From Bacteroidota bacterium (GTDB lineage: Bacteria > Bacteroidota > Bacteroidia > Bacteroidales > UBA10428): 64,000 nucleotides of DNA. Shown piece by piece: positions 38,844-47,850 of the stretch. The DNA is taken from the NCBI GenBank assembly GCA_016699695.1, contig CP065006.1, positions 2,494,562 through 2,558,561 of the forward strand, in the 5' to 3' direction. Within the stretch, counting starts at the first letter, position 1. Each line of letters opens with the position of its first letter. Under the pieces are notes generated by a model. It was given only the letters and a program-made list of their open reading frames with translations, was not told where the DNA came from and ran no database searches. The position numbers were made by a program, and so were the translations under genes.

Positions 38844-39662
38844 TTGTTAAACAAGGCACTTTCTTGCGAAGCCCTATTAAAAGATTGGTTCAAGGAGCAT
38901 CCCAGGGTACTTGTGGCGCTTTCTGGTGGGGTCGATTCCTGCCTGTTAAGTTACCTGGCCAGAAAATATTGCGGCAAGCAAAATGCAGTGGCGCTTATTG
39001 GGGTTTCTCCTAGTTTAAAACAACGCGAACTCGAAAATGCAAAGCATTTTTGCAATAATCACGATATTGTTTTGCAGGAAATCTTTCCTGATGAGCTATC
39101 CGATCCTAATTATGCCGCCAACCCGGTTAACCGATGTTACTTCTGCAAGCATGCACTCTTTACTACCATGCATTCCGTAAGGCAGTATCAATACCCTGAT
39201 TTTGAGTTGATAAATGGTAGCAACCTGAACGATTTGGGTGATTTTCGGCCAGGATTAGCTGCAGCTCAGGAGTTGCAGGCCTTAAGTCCACTAATTTTGT
39301 GTGGTTTCGATAAAGAATCAATCCGTATTCTCGCTCAGCATTACCAATTAGAGGTTTGGGACAAACCAGCCAGTCCTTGTTTAAGCAGTCGCTTCCCTTA
39401 TGGCGAATCCATTACCGTAGAGAAGTTAAAGATGGTGGAAAAGGCTGAAGATTTATTGTTGGACAAGGGTTTTAGCTCGGTGCGTGTTCGCTATATCCAA
39501 TCCGCAGCCAGAATTGAGGTGCCGCTTAGCGAACTCGAAAAATTGAATTTGTTGAAGACTGAACTGCAGGATTCTTTCAAGTCCATTGGCTTTTATCATC
39601 TCGAAATCGACCAGGAAGGACTTGTTTCGGGTAAGCTGAACAAAGAAATTAATCGATTGTAA
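38844..39662 (+). CDS. larE: PP-loop ATP pyrophosphatase, LarE-like sulfur transferase (TIGR00268 family)
   Basis: 272 aa. PP-loop ALSGGVDS and the LarE-type WDKPASPCLSSRFPYG block (C179), plus C98-x2-C101. The only available start is TTG at 38844. Confidence 0.72.
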   Translation: MLNKALSCEALLKDWFKEHPRVLVALSGGVDSCLLSYLARKYCGKQNAVALIGVSPSLKQRELENAKHFCNNHDIVLQEIFPDELSDPNYAANPVNRCYFCKHALFTTMHSVRQYQYPDFELINGSNLNDLGDFRPGLAAAQELQALSPLILCGFDKESIRILAQHYQLEVWDKPASPCLSSRFPYGESITVEKLKMVEKAEDLLLDKGFSSVRVRYIQSAARIEVPLSELEKLNLLKTELQDSFKSIGFYHLEIDQEGLVSGKLNKEINRL

Positions 39663-39730
39663 ATAATTTTTCCTACAAAAAAGCAAAATCATATTACCTT
39701 TCATTCTGAAATAGAAAGAAAGAAATAAGC

Positions 39731-40042
39731 ATGTCTGTTTTGCTTGAATTTGCCATGTTCCCTACCGACAAGGGAGAAAGTGTGAGTACCTATGTAAGCC
39801 GTATCATAAAAATGATTGACGAGAGTGGGGAGAGTTATCAACTCACTCCTATGGGTACCATTGTCGAAACTCAAAACCTGCAACAGGCGCTTGAACTTGT
39901 ACACAAAGCCTATATGCTTCTTGAGCCGGATTGCAAGCGGATTTATTCATCACTTAAGCTCGATATACGTCAGGGACCAGAAGGGCGATTGGCAGGGAAA
40001 ATACTTTCGATCGAAGAAAAGATAGGGAGTGTAAAAAAGTAA
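39731..40042 (+). CDS. MTH1187/YkoF family (UPF0045) thiamine-binding-like protein
   Basis: 103 aa, MSVLLEFAMFPTDKGESVSTYVSRIIKMIDESGESYQLTPMGTIVET is typical of the family. Confidence 0.72.
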   Translation: MSVLLEFAMFPTDKGESVSTYVSRIIKMIDESGESYQLTPMGTIVETQNLQQALELVHKAYMLLEPDCKRIYSSLKLDIRQGPEGRLAGKILSIEEKIGSVKK

Positions 40043-40072
40043 AACCAGTCAAGCTTGGAGCTGACTGGTTTT
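40042..40072 (+). terminator. Terminator-like hairpin (T tract partly inside the stem)
   Basis: 10-bp stem aaaccagtca / tgactggttt starting at the stop codon. The trailing U tract is weak. Confidence 0.5.
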
Positions 40073-40077
40073 AACAT

Positions 40078-40103
40078 CACTTAATAACGGGCGTTATTAA
40101 GTG
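40078..40103. repeat. Perfect 11-bp inverted repeat hairpin
   Basis: cacttaataac-gggc-gttattaagtg, 6 nt after the preceding hairpin. Confidence 0.6.
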
Positions 40104-40291
40104 CCTCATTCCCTTAAGTCGATGTAAAGTTATGAAATAATTGTAAAACCAATGCAAATGAAATGTTAAATTATTTTGTTTTTTTTCAAGCTTCATTTGA
40201 GATCAAAGAAATTGAACACATGGCTTAAAACTACAGATTGCGTTGATATGCCTAAATGGCAAAAGTCAAATAAAAACTCAAATCGGATTAA

Positions 40292-41509
40292 ATGCTTACA
40301 AGTTTTGCTTTTATTGTATTGTTGGCACTGATGCTGAATTATCTCTTCAGAAAAATCGGTTTGCCGGGACTTATCGGAATGATAATGGCTGGAATTCTTC
40401 TAGGACCTTCGGTTCTTAATCTGGTTGACAATCATGTAATCGATCTTTTAGGTGAACTAAAAACCGTGGCACTCATTGTCATTCTAATCCGGGCAGGTCT
40501 GGGTATTAATCGTGATACTTTAAATAAGATTGGAAAACCTGCCATTCGTATGAGTTTTATTCCCGGAACCATCGAGGGAACTACAATTATGGTTGTTGCG
40601 CATTATTTGCTTGACCTAAGCTGGATCGAAGGCGGATTGCTTGGCTTCATTTTCGCGGCAGTTTCGCCAGCTGTGGTTGTGCCGGCTATGCTCAATTTAA
40701 AAGATAACAAATTTGGTAAAAAGAAGGAGATACCGACGCTTATTCTTGCAGGTGCTTCGGTCGATGATGTATTTGCAATAACCATTTTTGGGGTGTTTAT
40801 TGGACTTGCCAGTGGGAATGCGATCAATGTTCCTTACCTGCTATTTTCGGTGCCGGTTGGAATACTTGCCGGAGCATTAATTGGGGCGGGATTGGGTTAT
40901 TTGTTAATGCTTTACTTTCGGAAGGTACACATCCGCGATACAAAGAAAGTGATCATTTTCATGGTAGTTTCGATTTTGTTTTATGAGTTTACGGAAACTC
41001 CATACATTAAGCAACACATTCAAATAGCTGGATTATTGGGTATTATGGCAATTGGTTTTGTGCTGCTGGAGAAATATTCGTCAGTGGCAGGTCGTTTAGC
41101 TATTAAATTTGATAAAGTATGGGTTTTGGCAGAAATTCTTCTGTTTGTTTACATTGGTACCCAGATCGAAATCGCGGCATTAAAAAGTAAGTTGTTGCTT
41201 TCGGGATTAATCATACTTCTGGTGGGTTTATTGTTCAGAGGCTTTGGCGTATGGTTGTCGCTACTGGGCTCGAAGCTGAATGGTAAAGAAAAACTCTTCT
41301 GCATGATAGCCTATATACCAAAGGCTACGGTACAGGCTGCAATTGGAGCGGTACCTCTTTCACTAATTCAGTCAGGCACTATCACTAGTATTTCCGAAAC
41401 AAACGGACAGGCAATTCTTGCCCTTGCTGTGCTAAGTATTGTAATAACCGCTCCACTGGGGGCTGTCGGAATTAATTATTACGGGCCACGCCTATTAAGT
41501 AAGGATTAA
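40292..41509 (+). CDS. Cation:proton antiporter (Na+/H+ exchanger family)
   Basis: 405 aa, about 11-12 TM helices, N-terminal LPGLIGMIMAGILLGPSVLN typical of CPA transporters. Confidence 0.85.
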   Translation: MLTSFAFIVLLALMLNYLFRKIGLPGLIGMIMAGILLGPSVLNLVDNHVIDLLGELKTVALIVILIRAGLGINRDTLNKIGKPAIRMSFIPGTIEGTTIMVVAHYLLDLSWIEGGLLGFIFAAVSPAVVVPAMLNLKDNKFGKKKEIPTLILAGASVDDVFAITIFGVFIGLASGNAINVPYLLFSVPVGILAGALIGAGLGYLLMLYFRKVHIRDTKKVIIFMVVSILFYEFTETPYIKQHIQIAGLLGIMAIGFVLLEKYSSVAGRLAIKFDKVWVLAEILLFVYIGTQIEIAALKSKLLLSGLIILLVGLLFRGFGVWLSLLGSKLNGKEKLFCMIAYIPKATVQAAIGAVPLSLIQSGTITSISETNGQAILALAVLSIVITAPLGAVGINYYGPRLLSKD

Positions 41510-41545
41510 AAAACCCGGTTCATGAAAGAAATGAACCGGGTTTTT
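41510..41545. terminator. Bidirectional rho-independent terminator
   Basis: cccggttcat-gaaagaa-atgaaccggg hairpin flanked by an A run and T5, between convergent genes. Confidence 0.8.
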
Positions 41546-41563
41546 CTGGATTTCTATTCCTTA

Positions 41564-43228
41564 TTATTTGATGGATAGCAGGACAATGTCGAAAACGGTA
41601 TTGATTTTTACTTTATCATCGATTACCTGAACTTCCATGCCTGAATAGTGATCGGTAAGCATGCTTCCTTCAGCAAACACTCCGTTTATTGGTAGGGTTT
41701 TCTCTCCTTTATTCAGATCGAGTCCGACAAGCACTTTATCCTGAAGCGATGCAGAACTATATTCACGCAAAAATATTAGAGGTTTTGAAGAAATTGTGGT
41801 GTGAATTCCAGCCCCAACCGCCGGGTGAGCCTGGCGAAATCGACCCAGTTTTTGCCAATGCATCAGCACATCCTGAATCTTATATCCGTTTCTTTCGAGG
41901 TTACTCTCAAGTTCGTCCCAGTTCATAAACGATCGAAGATTGGCATCGCCTTCTTCTCCTTCCACTATTAGCTTTCGAGCAGTTTCGTCGCCATAATATA
42001 CTTGCACAGCTCCGGGAGTAAGCATAAGTTTGGTGCCTGCTACAATAGGATTTTTTCTTTCTTTATCAAAGCTATGCCAATCGTCGTGGGAGCTAATGTA
42101 GTTCATTACCCAGTTGCCGTCCATGCATTTCAGGTAATTGGAATATACTGTAAACAGTTCATTGTAGCTTCTGTGGGCATCGCCCTTAAAGCTAAAATTG
42201 ATAAGGCTGTTAAACCCATAATCGAAATAGTTTACCACAGTGTCGCTGAAAAAGTAGTTATTTGCCGACTGGATGTTGTAGCCATATACTTCCCCAACGA
42301 TATAAAATTCAGTGTTGTCCAGCACTTTTGTTGGGTTTGCTTCTTTCCATTCTTCAAAGGCTTTAAGCGCTTCTGTATTTAATGCTTGCCAAACCGATTC
42401 TTCCACATGTTTTACGGTATCAATTCTAAATCCATCGATACCATACTTTCGAATAAAATCGGTAAGCCATTTTATAAAATAGTAACGGGGGGTTCTGGGA
42501 TAGCCAGTTTTGCTAAAGAATGAATCCAGCGAAGCCATTTCAGATTCGAGTCGGCCTTCGGCTTTCCATTTTTCTTTTAAAAACAGAGGCACTTCAACTT
42601 CCTCATTGCTCTCGGTTTTTATATCTGGTAAATTCTCCACAAGGGTGCATGTGATTGTCGACTCATAATCCTGGTAACTGCACTGGGGCGAGGTACGCAC
42701 CCATTCGTCGGGCCATACCGGATCTATGCTTGTGACCGGACCTGTTTGATTGATTACAACATCGAGCACGATACGAATCCCTTTTGCATGAGCTGTTTCT
42801 ACAAGCTTTTTAAAGTCCTCTTCCGATCCAAAATTGGGCTCGAAGGCAGTCCAGTCTTTTGCCCAATATCCATGATAACCATAAGTGTTTCCATGTCCTT
42901 CATCTACCGCACCGTGAATTTGTTCTACCACTGGTGTAAGCCAAATGGCATCAATACCCAGGTTTGTAAAATAATTCTCTTCCAGTTTCTGAATGATGCC
43001 TTTAATATCGCCCCCCATGAAACCTCTTGTAGGTTTGGTTTCGGCGGTTCTTCCGAAATTCAGATCATTCAGTGTATCGCCATTCGAAAAACGGTCGGTA
43101 AGCAAAAAATAGACGGTGGCATTTTCCCAAATAAATTCCTTGCCCGAAGCATTGTCGGCTTTGCTGGTGCAACGGATTGAAAAAAATGCTGTAGTTACTA
43201 AAAGATAAATGATTATGACATTCTTCAT
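41564..43228 (-). CDS. Alpha-amylase family glycoside hydrolase (GH13), secreted
   Basis: 554 aa with an N-terminal signal. GH13 regions DVVINQT, GFRIDTVKH, IVGEVYG, YISSHDD. Confidence 0.9.
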   Translation of the reverse strand: MKNVIIIYLLVTTAFFSIRCTSKADNASGKEFIWENATVYFLLTDRFSNGDTLNDLNFGRTAETKPTRGFMGGDIKGIIQKLEENYFTNLGIDAIWLTPVVEQIHGAVDEGHGNTYGYHGYWAKDWTAFEPNFGSEEDFKKLVETAHAKGIRIVLDVVINQTGPVTSIDPVWPDEWVRTSPQCSYQDYESTITCTLVENLPDIKTESNEEVEVPLFLKEKWKAEGRLESEMASLDSFFSKTGYPRTPRYYFIKWLTDFIRKYGIDGFRIDTVKHVEESVWQALNTEALKAFEEWKEANPTKVLDNTEFYIVGEVYGYNIQSANNYFFSDTVVNYFDYGFNSLINFSFKGDAHRSYNELFTVYSNYLKCMDGNWVMNYISSHDDWHSFDKERKNPIVAGTKLMLTPGAVQVYYGDETARKLIVEGEEGDANLRSFMNWDELESNLERNGYKIQDVLMHWQKLGRFRQAHPAVGAGIHTTISSKPLIFLREYSSASLQDKVLVGLDLNKGEKTLPINGVFAEGSMLTDHYSGMEVQVIDDKVKINTVFDIVLLSIK

Positions 43229-43451
43229 TGGGTTAAAAATATTTGTTTTTACTATATGGCTTCTTTTTTCTCACAAACTCAACTGAAAGAAGCTGCTATA
43301 TTGTGATTCTCTATTTTTCCGGAAAGCCATTTGCAAATGTAAAACAATCGATATAGCGCCACAAATATTTTATTTCATTGGCAGGTTTATCGATTCACAA
43401 TACAGCTTTTTAAGTATCAAGGCGAATTTTTAAGTGGATATGGTTAAAAAC

Positions 43452-43484
43452 AAAAAAGAGGAGAGAATGGTTTTTCTCTCCTCT
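43452..43484 (-). terminator. Strong orphan rho-independent terminator (minus strand) with no annotated gene upstream
   Basis: 11-bp stem agaggagagaa / ttctctcctct (43457..43467 / 43474..43484). The minus strand is followed by T6 (A6 at 43452..43457). Confidence 0.7.
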
Positions 43485-43988
43485 TCAGCTACCAGCCCTA
43501 AGTTTGAAGCTTAATTAGCAATTTGTGTTACTTTTCGATTGAAAGTGCGTACACTTCCGGTTTATACAAAATGTAAGGTAGAAAAATACATATACCCAGG
43601 TCAAGTGCATTTTGACGAATTCATCTGTTTGAGCGGAAGAATACGTTGATCTAAAGGATAGATCAACGATTTGCCACATGCCAAACGTTAGATACGAAGC
43701 GAAAATTCAAAATAAAAATTACTTCTCCTTTAATCAATTGTTCCTCTTTTTTGTTATTTTCTTGGTAAGCTATTCTACTGATAAAGATCAGCTTGGAAAA
43801 AGCGATATGCTGTGCGAAGATTAGTTTCAATTTCTTACTTTTATTAAAAATAAGCACCAATGAAATCATGCTGAATGGTTGCCTTGTTTTATTATTAAGA
43901 GCAATCTTCTTTTGGTTTTTAAATTCATTCTGAACCAGACTTGAAGGAAATTTGAAGGGAAACGGATAAATACTTAAACTATAAATTC

Positions 43989-45350
43989 ATGGAAACTATT
44001 AACCAGTATATTGAGAAAAACAAGCAACGATTTATCGATGAACTATTTAAGTTTATAGAACTTCCTTCGGTTAGTTCCAAAAAGGATAATAAGGATATAA
44101 TGTACAAAACGGCTGCTCATGTAGCTGATTCGTTGTTGAAAGCAGGTGCCGACAAAGCCGAAATACACGATACGGATGGTTGGCCAGTTGTTTTTGGGCA
44201 AAAAATTGTGAATGAAAAACTACCTACAGTGCTGGTTTACGGGCATTACGATGTTCAACCTGCTGAGCCTCTCGAACTCTGGGAATCGCCGCCTTTTAAA
44301 CCTGAAATCCGGAACGAAAAAATTTATGCCCGTGGAGCCGATGACGACAAAGGTCAGCTTTTTATGCATGTAAAGGCCTTTGAATATATGGTGAGTGAAA
44401 ACAAACTACCCTGTAACATCAAATTTTTAATCGAAGGTGAAGAAGAAGTTGGATCTTCTTCGCTCGAATCGTTTTGTGTGAAGAATAAGGAAATATTAAA
44501 GGCCGATGTGATTCTTGTTTCCGACACCTCTATGCTTTCACTGTCTAATCCCTCCATAACCACAGGTTTGCGGGGGTTAGCTTATTTCGAAGTGGAACTT
44601 ACAGGACAGAACCGCGATTTGCATTCAGGACTTTATGGAGGTTCGGTAAAAAATCCCTGTATGGTTTTATGCAGCATCATCGACAAACTCATCGACCAAA
44701 ATGGTGTGATTACCATTCCGGGTTTTTACGATGATATTTTAAAACTCTCAGCAGAAGAACGCAAGCAGTTGAATGCTGCGCCTTTTAGTGAGAAGGATTT
44801 TTTTAATTCCATAGGGCTAAAAGAGGGCTTTGGTGAAAAAGATTATTCGGTAATCGAACGCCTTGGGGCTCGTCCTACTTGCGATGTAAATGGAATTTGG
44901 GGCGGACATACCGCTGAAGGTGCAAAAACAGTATTGCCGGCCAAGGCGTTTGCTAAGATCAGTATGCGTCTGGTTCCAAACCAAACTCCAGCACGCGTGG
45001 TCGAACAGTTTAAAACCTATCTGAATAAGATTATTCCTGACGGGTTTACAATTAAAGTAGAATACCTGCATGGCGGCACTCCCTACTTGCTCCCGTTTGA
45101 AAGCAAAGAGCTGGATGCTGCAAAAAAGGCTATTCAGAAAACATTTGGAAAGATTCCCTTTCCAGTGCGCAGTGGGGGTAGTATTCCGGTGATATCAACT
45201 TTCGAAAAGGTGTTAGGCATTAAATCCGTGCTGCTTGGTTTTGGACTTGAAACGGATGCTATTCATGCCCCGAATGAGAATTATCCTTTAGCCAATTTTT
45301 ACAAGGGCATTGAAACTATCCCATGGTTTTACCATTACTATGCCTTCTGA
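43989..45350 (+). CDS. M20 family dipeptidase / metallo-hydrolase
   Basis: 453 aa, GHYDVQPA, RGADDDKGQ, EGEEEVGS motifs. Confidence 0.85.
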   Translation: METINQYIEKNKQRFIDELFKFIELPSVSSKKDNKDIMYKTAAHVADSLLKAGADKAEIHDTDGWPVVFGQKIVNEKLPTVLVYGHYDVQPAEPLELWESPPFKPEIRNEKIYARGADDDKGQLFMHVKAFEYMVSENKLPCNIKFLIEGEEEVGSSSLESFCVKNKEILKADVILVSDTSMLSLSNPSITTGLRGLAYFEVELTGQNRDLHSGLYGGSVKNPCMVLCSIIDKLIDQNGVITIPGFYDDILKLSAEERKQLNAAPFSEKDFFNSIGLKEGFGEKDYSVIERLGARPTCDVNGIWGGHTAEGAKTVLPAKAFAKISMRLVPNQTPARVVEQFKTYLNKIIPDGFTIKVEYLHGGTPYLLPFESKELDAAKKAIQKTFGKIPFPVRSGGSIPVISTFEKVLGIKSVLLGFGLETDAIHAPNENYPLANFYKGIETIPWFYHYYAF

Positions 45351-45368
45351 TAGTATTTTTACCTTGAA

Positions 45369-45400
45369 CGGCAGGATCGCAATCCTGCCGGTTTTGTTTT
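45369..45400 (+). terminator. Rho-independent terminator
   Basis: cggcaggat-cgca-atcctgccg hairpin followed by gttttgtttt. Confidence 0.8.
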
Positions 45401-45457
45401 CTTGATGCTTGTGAACAAGCCCTAATGAGTCGAATAGAGAATTGTTCAGATTCTCAT

Positions 45458-45465
45458 TATATTTG
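45458..45465 (+). promoter_or_regulatory. TAnnTTTG (-7) promoter box upstream of glnN
   Basis: TATATTTG lies 26 nt upstream of the ATG at 45491. No well-spaced TTG -33 element was seen. Its position inside the longer ORF (45425) argues for the 45491 start. Confidence 0.4.
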
Positions 45466-45490
45466 TATCAAACCAATTTGCAGATATCCA

Positions 45491-47677
45491 ATGGCACAGA
45501 TAAGATTTTTTGCCCTTCAGGAGGCTCAAAGCCGCAAACACGTGCACATCGAGTACCCTACCAAAAAAACCTCTGATTATTTTGGTATCAATGTATTCGA
45601 TAAGAAAAAAATGCAGGAATATCTCTCAGAGGCAGCCTTTCAGGGAGTAATGGATTCTATTATCGAAGGAGTTCGGATTGATCGAAAGTTGGCTGAACAG
45701 GTTGCCGTTGGAATGAAAGCATGGGCACTAGACATGGGGGCTACTTACTATACCCATTGGTTCAGTCCATTAACGGATGGTACAGCCGAAAAGCACGATG
45801 CTTTTATCCAATTTAATAATTCTGGTGGTGTGATGGAAAGCTTCTCGGGAAGTCTTTTGGCTCAGCAAGAACCTGATGCCAGTAGTTTTCCGAGCGGAGG
45901 TATACGTAATACTTTTGAGGCCCGCGGGTATACTGCCTGGGATCCTTCCTCGCCAGCATTTATTCTCGATCGGACACTTTGTATCCCTACTATTTTTGTT
46001 TCTTACACAGGCGAAGCACTCGACCACAAAACGCCTTTACTAAAAGCCTTGTCGGCTGTAGATAAGGCAGCTACGGCAATTTGTGAGTATTTCGATAAAA
46101 ACGTTAGCAAAGTCTTTTCTACCTTGGGTTGGGAGCAGGAATACTTTTTAATCGATGAGGCCCTTTTTAATGCCAGGCCCGACCTGGTAGCCTGCGACCG
46201 AACCCTTGTTGGGCATCAAGCACCAAAAGATCAGCAACTCGACGATCAGTATTTCAGCTCAATTCCCGAAAGAGTAAGTTCTTTTATGCGTGAACTGGAA
46301 ATAGAAGGTTATAAGCTCGGTATTCCAATAAAAACAAGGCATAATGAAGTAGCTCCGAATCAATACGAACTGGCACCTATTTTTGAAGAATGTAACCTGG
46401 CTGTCGATCATAACATGCTTCTAATGGATATTATGAAGAAAATAGCCAGAAGACATAATTTCAGAGTGATTTTTCATGAAAAACCTTTCAAAGGAGTGAA
46501 TGGAAGTGGAAAGCACAACAACTGGTCATTGATGACTGATACCGGCGTGAACCTGCTTTCTCCGGGTGCTAAACCAAAAACCAATATGCAATTCTTAAGT
46601 TTTTTGGTATGTACACTGAATGCAGTTTATAAACACCAGGACCTGCTAAGGGCCTCAATTGTATCGGCTGGAAATGCTCATCGGCTGGGTGCCAACGAAG
46701 CTCCACCACTCATCATGTCGGCCTTTGTTGGAAAGCAAATCAGCGAAATGCTCGATGACCTGGAGACAAGAGTGACCAATAAGAAAATGACGCCGGACGA
46801 AAAAACAGAAATTAAACTCGATGTAGGAAAGATTCCAGAGATTTTATTGGATAATACCGACCGAAACCGTACTTCGCCTTTTGCATTTACAGGAAACCGT
46901 TTCGAGTTTAGGGCGGTGGGTGCTTCGGCGAATTCTGCAGCTGCTATGACTGTGCTCAATACAGCGGTAGCGCAGGAACTAAAGGAGTTTGCGCGCGATG
47001 TGAATAAATTGATCGAAAAAGGAGTGAAAAAAGACGAAGCCCTTTTTCAGGTAATTCGTGAGTTTATTATCAAATCAAAAAAAATACGTTTCGAAGGGAA
47101 TAGTTACAGCGAAGAATGGCATAAAGAAGCTGCAAAAAGAAAACTTACCAATATCAGCAACATAGTGGAGGCACTTGATGCTTATCTTGCGCCAGAATCT
47201 ATCAAATTATTTACTTCGAATAAAATTTTTACAGAGAAAGAATTACGTGCCCGCACCGAAGTGCGTTACGAAAATTATTTGAAACGGATTCAAATCGAAT
47301 CGCGCGTGCTGGCAAATATTGCCATTAATCAAATTGTTCCCACGGCCATTGCCTACCAAACAACGCTTATTGAAAATGTAAAAGGCTTAAAAGAAATTTT
47401 TGGAGATGAGTTTAAATCTATCGCCAGTGGAAGGCTTGAAATGATCAGACAGATTTCGGAACATACCACTACCATTAAAGTCAAAGTGAACGAGATGACC
47501 GAGGCAAGGAAAAGGGCCAATTCTATTGAGAATGTCCGCGAGAGAGCGCATGATTATTCAATAACCATTACACCATACCTCGAAGAAATTCGTTACCAGA
47601 TCGATCGACTTGAACGCATAGTCGACAATGAAATGTGGCCTTTGCCAAAATACAGCGAGATGCTATTTACTCGGTGA
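45491..47677 (+). CDS. glnN: Glutamine synthetase type III
   Basis: ORF 45425..47677. ATG at 45491 gives a ~728-aa product (MAQIRFFALQEAQSRK...), the size and N-terminus of GSIII. HNEVAPNQYELAPIF and NGSGKHNNWS motifs present. Confidence 0.9.
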   Translation: MAQIRFFALQEAQSRKHVHIEYPTKKTSDYFGINVFDKKKMQEYLSEAAFQGVMDSIIEGVRIDRKLAEQVAVGMKAWALDMGATYYTHWFSPLTDGTAEKHDAFIQFNNSGGVMESFSGSLLAQQEPDASSFPSGGIRNTFEARGYTAWDPSSPAFILDRTLCIPTIFVSYTGEALDHKTPLLKALSAVDKAATAICEYFDKNVSKVFSTLGWEQEYFLIDEALFNARPDLVACDRTLVGHQAPKDQQLDDQYFSSIPERVSSFMRELEIEGYKLGIPIKTRHNEVAPNQYELAPIFEECNLAVDHNMLLMDIMKKIARRHNFRVIFHEKPFKGVNGSGKHNNWSLMTDTGVNLLSPGAKPKTNMQFLSFLVCTLNAVYKHQDLLRASIVSAGNAHRLGANEAPPLIMSAFVGKQISEMLDDLETRVTNKKMTPDEKTEIKLDVGKIPEILLDNTDRNRTSPFAFTGNRFEFRAVGASANSAAAMTVLNTAVAQELKEFARDVNKLIEKGVKKDEALFQVIREFIIKSKKIRFEGNSYSEEWHKEAAKRKLTNISNIVEALDAYLAPESIKLFTSNKIFTEKELRARTEVRYENYLKRIQIESRVLANIAINQIVPTAIAYQTTLIENVKGLKEIFGDEFKSIASGRLEMIRQISEHTTTIKVKVNEMTEARKRANSIENVRERAHDYSITITPYLEEIRYQIDRLERIVDNEMWPLPKYSEMLFTR

Positions 47678-47803
47678 GAATTTGCTTGAGGCTTTTAATC
47701 AGCAGCTTCCTTTGTTTTTGATTTGTTTAAATAATAGAAAGCTTAAGCAAAAAATGGGAAATTGTCGATTTGGATTGAAATATTAATGTGGGCTATAAAG
47801 AAA

Positions 47804-47831
47804 CTACCTGCCTTTTTTAAAAGGCAGGTAG
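47804..47831. terminator. Bidirectional rho-independent terminator
   Basis: ctacctgcc-ttttttaaaa-ggcaggtag between convergent glnN and the GOGAT-domain gene. Confidence 0.75.
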
Positions 47832-47850
47832 TGTATAATAATTGAATCGA

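Noticed and set aside
39663-39730. TPP riboswitch upstream of the thiamine-binding-family gene
   Set aside because: The 68-nt spacer lacks the CUGAGA / ACCUGAUCUGGAUAAUGCCAGCG-type conserved elements.
43663-43869. 68-aa minus-strand ORF in the long intergenic region as a real CDS
   Set aside because: The sequence is low-complexity and Lys/Ile/Phe-rich, as expected from AT-rich DNA, and there is no recognisable motif. It is kept only as part of the candidate sRNA/small-ORF finding and is not annotated as a gene.
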